6,246 bases of DNA, taken from Chlorokybus atmophyticus (lineage: Eukaryota > Plantae > Mesostigma and Chlorokybus algae). Positions 1 through 6,246 of the stretch are shown here, one piece after another; within the stretch, counting starts at the first letter, position 1, and each line of letters opens with the position of its first letter. The notes under the pieces are model-generated. The model had not been told where the DNA came from. It worked only from the letters and a program-made list of their open reading frames with translations, and searched no databases. The stretch is from contig RHPI01003800.1 of the NCBI GenBank assembly GCA_009103225.1, forward strand, positions 1 through 6,246, given 5' to 3'. The position numbers and the translations under genes are program-made.

Positions 1-199
1 CCAACGGCCCTCCTCACTTGCGCTAGCAGCTGAGCTCTGGAGCTGGAACCTCCCCCAGAGCCCAGGGGGGGTGGCTTGTTGACTTGTGTGCTACAGCACA
101 GCATGTACACTAGGGAGAACACCGACTCCACCTGCCCGTACTACCCAGCAGCAGCACACCAGCGGCACGAAGCACTTGTCACCATGAGGGTTGGGGTCA

Positions 200-228
200 T
201 CTTTCTGTTTTTGCTGCGCGTTACACAG
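200..228 (+). other. Putative 3' splice site upstream of the NB-ARC ORF
   Basis: Pyrimidine tract TCTTTCTGTTTTTGCTG followed by TTACACAG|G. It implies an upstream exon, possibly outside the window. Confidence 0.5.
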
Positions 229-316
229 GTGGCGCAGCAGCATATCCAGCACAGCATGGCTGTCCATGCAGCTGTCCGAGACAGCGTGACCCTCGACTCC
301 CCTCGACCCGACAAAG

Positions 317-1417
317 ATGTTGGACCCCCCTGTTTTTGACATTGCCAAATACCCAGTGGACATTGAGCGTCGCATTGAAGATGTCCTCAAGAAGTTAAGT
401 GCTGCTACCAATGGCACCAAGGTCGTCATGCTGGGTCTTTGGGGCATGGGTGGCATTGGGAAGACTACCCTCGCAATGGCAATCTACAATAAACTGCACA
501 GCAAGTTTGCTGGCAGCTGCTGCTTTGTAGAGGTCGGGAATGAACCATGTCGCAACAATGGGAGGCTGGTACAGCTGCAACAGCAGATGCTCACACAGCT
601 TGGGAGTGCTCCTATGTCTGGATATGCATTCAACTCCATTTCCGCAGGAAAAGCATTCCTTAAGTTGCGCTTGCAAGGGCAGAAGGTGCTGCTCGTTGTT
701 GATGACATCTGGAGCAACGATCAAGAAGAAGCCCTGATTGGTCCTTTCAATCTGGAGGACGCCACGCCTCTGCTTGGTACGGGCAGTTGTGTGCTGGTGA
801 CCTCTCGTAACCGCAACTTACTAAAGGGGCACGAGAAGGTTAGGTTGTTGGAGGAAGTGCCGCTGCTCGACAATCTATACGCTAGACGATTGTTCTGCCA
901 ACATGCCTTCAGATCACAAGTAGTGCCTCCAAATCTGGGGATCATTGTTGAAGAGGTCATCAAGGCGTGCCAGGGCCTGCCGCTCACGCTGGAGGTCGTT
1001 GGCTCTTATCTTCACACGCGCAAAGTAGATGATGAGCTGGCTTGGAACCAGGCACCGCAGCGCTTGCAAAAGGCAGTTTGGATGGCAGGTACAGCTGACC
1101 ATATGCTTTGGGCCAAGCTTAGGCTCAGCTACGACAATCTGTCACCAAAGGAACAGCAAATGTTTTTGGACATATGCTGCTTTGCATTGGGGAAGAGCAA
1201 GGACATGCTGCTTCCAGCGTGGGGCAACGCGTCAGATGCATTGGATGGCCTGGTGGAGTTGTCCCTCGTTTGCCTTGTAACAAGATCTCGTTCGGACGTT
1301 GTAGTGTTCTCGGTACACTACCAACTCCGCGACATGGGGCGAATGCTTGCCGATACTACTAGTAGCCCGTCCATGCATATCTGGGTGCCAAAGGCAGTAG
1401 GAGACATACCTCAGGAG
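317..1417 (+). CDS. NB-ARC (STAND NTPase) exon of a plant-type, TNL-like NLR protein; true 5' end uncertain
   Basis: The translation shows NB-ARC motifs in canonical order: pre-P-loop KYPVDIE, P-loop GMGGIGKT (443-466), RNBS-A FVEV, kinase-2 VLLVVDDIW (DD at 701-706), RNBS-B GSCVLVTSRNR, RNBS-C LFCQHAF, GLPL (CQGLPLTLEVVGSYL), LRLSYDNL, RNBS-D FLDICCF, and the MHD region VHYQLRDMGR. The exon end is set at the phase-0 donor GAG|GTACCG. Confidence 0.93.
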
Positions 1418-1505
1418 GTACCGGTAGTTCATGTCCCGTATCAGTGCCTTCATCCAATGTCGTATGGACTTACTTGCGGGTTTTGTTTGCTTCGTTTGCA
1501 TGCAG
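1418..1505 (+). other. Spliceosomal intron (88 nt, phase 0) joining the NB-ARC and LRR exons
   Basis: GT donor at 1418, branch-like CTTAC at 1469-1473, T-rich tract TTTTGTTTGCTTCGTTTG and TGCAG acceptor ending at 1505. Removing it fuses ORF 317.. (frame 2) in frame to ORF 1431.. (frame 3), reading ...GDIPQE|AYQKVETM.... Confidence 0.85.
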
Positions 1506-2504
1506 GCCTATCAGAAGGTTGAGACTATGTGTTTGGCTAATGTCAATGAATATTTACCTGCCATGGCCCACATGCCTTGTCTCCGCATGCTAAATCTTGG
1601 CATGGTTGATTGGGATGGTATTTTCCTCGAGGGGGGTCCCAAAGAGCTGGTCTATTTGGAATGGAAAAGCTGGCGCTGCGAGACCTTGAGCACTTCACTG
1701 CGCAATGTTGCTGCATGCACGAAACTGCTCGTCCTCCTCGTAGAAGAAGTCGTGCACAATGCCTCAATGCTGCTGACCGAGTCCATTGGAAACGTCAAGG
1801 CGCTGCAAATCCTGGTGCTGCGGGGCTGTACTTGTTTAAAGAAGGTGCCTGAAGCGCTTGGCAGGCTCGCAATGCTGCAGACTCTAGTTCTCACTAACAT
1901 GGGTTTGCGCAAGCTCCCTGAATCTGGAGATCTCACTGCTCTGCAAACGCTGAACCTGAGTGCGTGCCGCCGCTTGGCGAAGCTGCCGAAGTCCATCAGC
2001 AAGCTTGCTGCCCTGCAAACGCTGGACCTGAGCTGGAACGCCAGCTTGGTGGCGCTGCCGGAGTCCTTTGGCAAGCTCGCTGCTCTGCGAAAGATGTACC
2101 TGTGCGGGTGCAGCAGCTTGACAGAGCTGCCAGAGTCCTTCGGTGAGTTGGCTCAATTGCAGACACTGGACCTGAGCTGGTGCCGCAGCTTGGCGGCGCT
2201 GCCGGAATCCTTTGGCAGGCTCACTGCTCTGCAAAAGCTGTACCTTGAGAAGTGCTTCCACTTCACGGCGCTGCCGGAAGCTGTCAGTAGGTTGAATCCT
2301 GCTGTTGTTGCTGTGCTGCAGCAGCACCAGGGGGAGGCGGCGGAAGAGGAGGAACTAAGCAAGCTTGCTTTGGGGGCGGGGAGGTCAGAGGGAGGCATTC
2401 GCAGTGCTGCAAGAGCTGGATGGATGCAAATACAGCAGAGTGTGGAGTATCCAACATCAACACCTGCTTCGGTCTGCATTGACACAAAGGACATAGGCGG
2501 GTGA
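1506..2504 (+). CDS. LRR exon of the NLR protein (332 aa + TGA); joined CDS 317-1417 + 1506-2504 is about 699 aa
   Basis: It starts with the TNL-like post-NB segment LRMLNL...PKELVYLEW. This is followed by 22-24-aa plant intracellular LRRs (LxxLQTLxLSxCxxLxxLPESFGx) and a low-complexity tail of about 70 aa. The stop codon overlaps a possible splice donor. Confidence 0.9.
   Translation, partial: AYQKVETMCLANVNEYLPAMAHMPCLRMLNLGMVDWDGIFLEGGPKELVYLEWKSWRCETLSTSLRNVAACTKLLVLLVEEVVHNASMLLTESIGNVKALQILVLRGCTCLKKVPEALGRLAMLQTLVLTNMGLRKLPESGDLTALQTLNLSACRRLAKLPKSISKLAALQTLDLSWNASLVALPESFGKLAALRKMYLCGCSSLTELPESFGELAQLQTLDLSWCRSLAALPESFGRLTALQKLYLEKCFHFTALPEAVSRLNPAVVAVLQQHQGEAAEEEELSKLALGAGRSEGGIRSAARAGWMQIQQSVEYPTSTPASVCIDTKDIGG
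1794..2291 (+). repeat. Tandem coding LRR units: six of 72 nt and one of 66 nt
   Basis: Units begin at 1794, 1866 (66 nt), 1932, 2004, 2076, 2148 and 2220. Units 2004 and 2148 are identical at 57/72 nt by manual alignment. Confidence 0.9.
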
Positions 2505-2542
2505 GGCGCTGCCGGGTATGGTTGGCCCCTAACAACACCAGG

Positions 2543-2717
2543 GTAAGAGCGGCCACACACAGCTCATGCACGCAGCCACTCGTACAGCAACCTACTGAAC
2601 TACGTGCGCATGCTGACTGCTACACTCACATGCATGCACATCCAATGTCTCACGATTCACACTCACCGCACAGCCACTCTCAATCACTGACCTGCGCACA
2701 TGTTGCTGACACTGCAG
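2543..2717 (+). other. Putative intron 3' of the NLR stop (alternative donor at 2501)
   Basis: Donor CAGG|GTAAG at 2543 (or GG|GTGAGG at 2501), CA-rich interior, branch-like CTGAC at 2687-2691 and 2706-2710, acceptor CTGCAG ending at 2717. Confidence 0.45.
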
Positions 2718-2776
2718 GCGATGGACATGGTGTCAAGCGCGTTCTGCTTGCGTACTGGCTGTGATGCGTTCATTGC

Positions 2777-2781
2777 TGTAA
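2777..2781 (+). promoter_or_regulatory. Candidate chlorophyte-type polyadenylation signal TGTAA for the NLR
   Basis: First TGTAA downstream of the stop codon. UGUAA is the established signal in Chlamydomonas and related algae. A pentamer also occurs by chance, and the taxon is inferred. Confidence 0.35.
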
Positions 2782-3005
2782 CGAGCGCGGCTGTTTGACA
2801 CACCTGAAGTGCGGGCTACACCGGTGGCAAGGTTTGGTGCTCTGACTATGACGGCAGTCGCAGCATCTTGTGGTCGTGGGCTGTTTGTAGCCTTTCTACA
2901 CTGCAAGGATGCAGCAGCAGGCAGCAGAGTACTTTGCAGCGGATTCAATTTATGGCTCGTCACGTTGGCTGCGCTTTGCGATTGCAAAGCAGATGCTTTA
3001 GACAT

Positions 3006-3191
3006 GAGGGCAAGTACGTCAAGGCCGAACCGCTGTGCGGGCGGCACTGCCGTCACAAAGCGGAGCTGGGTTCGGACCACCCCGACACCGTGTAGGTTTT
3101 AAACCACCTGGCACTGGCGCAATGCCAGGGCAGGTACAGTGAGGCGAACGCCCTCCAAGTCAGACAGGAGTTATAGGCCCCTCTACACAGT
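3006..3191 (+). pseudogene. Decayed kinesin-light-chain-type TPR repeats (TPR_10/TPR_12-like), about 1.5 units
   Basis: Frame 3 reads EGKYVKAEPLCGRHCRHKAELGSDHPDTV*VLNHLALAQCQGRYSEANALQVRQEL*APLHS. This matches the 42-aa consensus QGKYxEAEPLYxRALxIREKVLGPDHPDTxxSLNNLA. In-frame TAGs lie at 3093 and 3174. Confidence 0.75.
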
Positions 3192-4589
3192 CATAGCGCC
3201 TGTAGGTATAGCACGCTACGTGCTTGTTGCCATTGTGTCTGCTGATATTAGACCAAACTGTGCCATAGGGTGTGGAGAGCGTTATGTTGAGTTGGCGGCA
3301 AGAATAAGAATGCAATGTCTAGTCATGCTTGAGAACGTTGTACTGTAAGACTACAGGGACTCTGACATGCCCTGGCTGCCTGATAAGAGCGCTAGAGTTC
3401 AGCCTGCTGAGACGCCTCGAGTTTTTTCACGTAGCTGTATCCCTGGAAAGGGTCTGCTTGAACGGCTGGCCTGCTAGTCATTAAGGCCCCACTCACCCGC
3501 TGACTTGTGCAGTACCGCAAGCTTCCAGTTATGAAGTTCATAAATCGAGGTGTGACTATGACCACTGCTCCAAAGACAGTGGTCAGCGCACACCACACAG
3601 TGGCAGCGTTTGAAATGCGGTTCTTGGATAAGAGACCTCTTTTTCAGGCCTTCATAAGAGCAATCTGACTGACGTGTAGGGCGCTGGCTGCAGACGTTGG
3701 GCCAATGCAACAACGACAGTTCACACTTTGTTCAATATACACCCCGCAAAGGTAGAACCACCGTGTCGCATGCCATTTGCAACGAAACATCAAAGGCGCA
3801 CCAACTGTTATTCAAACAATGCGTGTCGCATTATCCGCGAAAATTGTACACTCGTATACATGATGGCATGGACGCTTGGCACCAACACGCATGTCACATG
3901 CGCAATGATGACACGATCACACGGTGTCGTGTGCCACAGTGCTTGCAACCGCATCACCCCTAACATAGGCTACCAACCATTTGGTCGAGGTCATCCCATA
4001 AGCACATCTTCAGTGGCTGACTAGGATGAGCTGCTGAGGCTGTGCACACTAGCCAGTCCCACTGGTGTAGGTTGGACACAAATACCATGATGCTCATTCC
4101 AAACTGCATTGAGCGAGCTCTGAGCCTTTTCAGGAGGCAGTACCACTATTGCAGGAGATAGCACCGTCTTGGCCGTTAACAACTGGCTGCTGTGTTGTCG
4201 TGGAGGTGATACTTGGGTTCTCATTCGTATGGAAGCGCGCGTACCACTTAGCAGCATCAAAGGGTTCACAGCTATGCTATACCTACTGACACGCTCCAGC
4301 CATGCGCGTCTCCCTAAAGACAGGAACCCAGTAGGGAATGGTCCACTGTGAACACGCAGTCCCAAAACTCTGCGAGCAGGCGTCAGGAAACTACAACTCA
4401 CTGGACCTCATTCTTTCCAGCAGGTTTTCCACGGCTCTCTTTCTGCCAACCTTGTATACAACAAACCAATCAAGTGTCACGGTGATCGCACCTTTACTGA
4501 GCAATGGTTGACATGGCCTAAATCAAGTCGCTCGTGTATCGCGTGTGCAACTGCCACATTAATTGCAACTTGCGGTCAGCCATAGACGA

Positions 4590-4709
4590 ATTCGCGAGAA
4601 AATCTGCCCAAGCGCACCTGATACAGCAGCAAGAGTGCTGATGGAGTCTGCCATGCTGGATGCTGCAGGTTGTATGTTTGTAGCTGCACCTCTGCTCAGC
4701 GCTGCCCTG
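4590..4709 (+). pseudogene. Possible highly diverged TPR unit
   Basis: Frame 3 reads IREKICPSAPDTAARVLMESAMLDAAGCMFVAAPLLSAAL*. IREK, PDTA and G-x4-A-x-PL-x3-AL fall at consensus spacing with one gap. Recognised by eye only. Confidence 0.4.
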
Positions 4710-5541
4710 TAGTAATTGCGATGGTTGGGAGGCTTACCGGCATGCTGCATCCATGGGAGCGAGTAAAGTGTTTGTTGTACAATGCTGTGGTATTATACAA
4801 GCACAACTGAGTAACATCAAAGCTGCACTGCGCAGCATTGAGCATGGCAGTGTGTAAGGGTGCTGTCAATTGCATGCGGAAATGGCTGTTGGCAACAGGA
4901 CAGCAGGTCACCCTCGCAACATCAATTAGTGTCATGTGTTGGAAACGCTGCATATTCACTGAAATTCAAGTAGTACATGCTCCAATCAACATCCAATTAC
5001 ACAGCTCTACGCGCAAGTTCCAAACCACACACTCACAGACCTGTGTATCTCTCACTGGCACGCGCATATACTCTCACTCTCACTTGCCAATATTCACACA
5101 AACTTGCACGCAGTCACGCATGCTCCCTAACACACACCCCGCAAGCAACATCGCCAACACTCTCTTGCAACCCAGCATGCATGTCCGCCTCAACCACAAT
5201 CACATTCCTATAACATTTCGATAACAATAACATCTCAACCAGACCATGGTGTTAGGGAGAAATCTTAGGAGTGCAGAACAGCTGGTTGCGTGCAAACAAT
5301 TTATGAGTACCTTTCCGTTGTCCAAGTTGAAGAGTGACCTGTTCAGAGGTTCCATTAGAGGAAAAGGGTGTGCAGCCGAGTGATGCAATCAGGCCAGCTT
5401 TGTGCGTGTGCACTTTGAGCTGGAACAGAGAGCAAGTTTTGCTTCATGAGGTGAGTCATCTTCGTCCTCGTTCTTTCTGTTGTCCGTTTGCAGCTGGTGC
5501 GCGCACGCTGATAACGCTGCACATGAGCCTCTTGTTACTAC

Positions 5542-5640
5542 CATACATGCGCACACACGCGCGCACGCGCATGCGCACGCACGTTTGCACACACGTGCAC
5601 GCATGCACAGGCATGCACGCACACTTATGCACACACATGC
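5542..5640. repeat. Alternating purine-pyrimidine (CA/CG/TG) low-complexity tract
   Basis: Uninterrupted RY alternation over 5542-5584 (43 nt), then further runs to 5640 with short breaks. Confidence 0.85.
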
Positions 5641-5903
5641 CAACGTCACAGGTGCTTTTTCCTTCTGCTGCGCTAATGACACTTCAAGCTGCTGAGGTTT
5701 CATGCACATTATGCAGGGTTTGATGCAAGAAGCAATATCAACATCAACAAGTGATGGCCACGGAGATAGTAATTGTGATGCGCTGGCCAATGACAAAACG
5801 TTTGAGGTCATCATTGGCAGCAGTTTGCTTCATGACGACAGCCATACGGCATCACTACCGGTAAAGCGCAACTCATGACATGTTGGACTGTGTGTAAGTG
5901 AGA

Positions 5904-5948
5904 GTGTATGTGCACGCGCACATGCGCGTGTGTTCGAAACGAACACAC
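5904..5948. repeat. Second RY tract (5904-5933) ending in a 9-bp perfect inverted repeat
   Basis: 30 nt of RY alternation. GTGTGTTCG (5928-5936), an AAA loop, then CGAACACAC (5940-5948). Confidence 0.75.
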
Positions 5949-6214
5949 ACATTTGCCTCTATGCTTGTCAACCTGACGTCATGTTACTGACACTCATTTA
6001 TATCTTAATGCTGATACTCACCATGTGCAGGCCATCTCATAAAGAGGAGACTATCCTTGTCCGCTGATGCCAGGTGTCCTTCCTCCGCCATCCGCTTCAA
6101 CGACCTGTTAACCGTTCCTCGCCAACTTAGCAGCCTCAGACCTGGCTATCACCACCATCACAAATCACACGCCAATACAATACATGACAGTAATGAAGAG
6201 GACCATGAGTCACA

Positions 6215-6217
<3 letters not shown>

Positions 6218-6246
<29 letters not shown>
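6218..6246 (+). repeat. (CAG)n microsatellite, at least 9 units, truncated by the window end
   Basis: (CAG)9 + CA read directly from the sequence. Confidence 0.95.

Noticed and set aside
184-240. Signal-peptide-like MRVGVIFLFLLRVTQVAQQ
   Set aside because: The hydrophobic run is the translation of the pyrimidine tract before the acceptor at 228, and NLRs are cytosolic.
1431-1522. ORF-track start at 1431 and the tail of ORF 317..1522
   Set aside because: Both run through the predicted intron. The residues MSRISAF...CMQ and VPVVHV...LSEG are intron translations, so these are not two separate genes.
1794-2291. Periodic repeats as a CRISPR-like array
   Set aside because: The units are in-frame coding LRRs without unique spacers, in a spliced eukaryotic gene.
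1543-2571. Overlapping alternative-frame and antisense ORFs (1543..1767, 1610..1852, 1652..2074, 1884..2327, 1964..2146, 2153..2560, 2284..2571)
   Set aside because: They are shadows of the GC-rich, repetitive LRR exon, with no recognisable domains.
3093-3176. TAG read as Gln (alternative nuclear code of some ulvophytes)
   Set aside because: The roughly 700-codon NLR has many CAA/CAG codons and no in-frame TAA/TAG, and Gln does not fit the second TAG position. Pseudogene decay is simpler.
3380-3450. RALEFSLLRRLEFFHVAVSL as another TPR or LRR relic
   Set aside because: Only short motif echoes with wrong spacing and no NNLA. Indistinguishable from chance.
3200-4560. Short ORFs on both strands (3139..3348, 3392..3598, 3474..3713, 3697..3963, 3728..4024, 4021..4401, 4169..4351) as genes or transposon fragments
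   Set aside because: No RT, integrase, transposase or other domain motifs were recognised. Their lengths are within the random range for this GC content.
4838-5723. ORFs rich in H/T/A/C/M (4838..5224, 4977..5213, 5334..5723, 5456..5638, 5480..5695)
   Set aside because: They are translations of CA-rich and RY low-complexity DNA.
5438-5835. 12-nt direct repeat TTTGCTTCATGA (5438-5449 and 5824-5835) as a target-site duplication
   Set aside because: About one exact 12-mer repeat is expected by chance in 6 kb. There are no terminal inverted repeats, poly(A) tail or transposon ORF between the copies.

Overview
Eukaryotic, intron-containing, moderately GC-rich DNA. CAG runs, CA/GT-rich introns and TGTAA motifs suggest a green alga, but this is an inference. 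The dominant feature is a plant-type NLR immune-receptor-like gene on the + strand: an NB-ARC exon (317-1417), an 88-nt phase-0 intron (1418-1505) and an LRR exon (1506-2504), giving about 699 aa from ATG317. No intact N-terminal signalling domain lies in the window, and the 5' end looks disrupted: a 10-nt near-tandem duplication at 290-309 separates an open upstream frame from the NB-ARC frame. The MHD motif is degenerate (VHY). About 500 nt downstream on the same strand is an unannotated, decayed kinesin-light-chain-type (42-aa) TPR array remnant (3006-3191), with weaker TPR-like echoes near 4111-4200 and 4590-4709. The rest is low-complexity intergenic or intron-like DNA: alternating purine-pyrimidine tracts, a (CAG)n run and possible small exons of an unidentified gene at the right edge. 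No database searches were run, so family calls rest on motif recognition.
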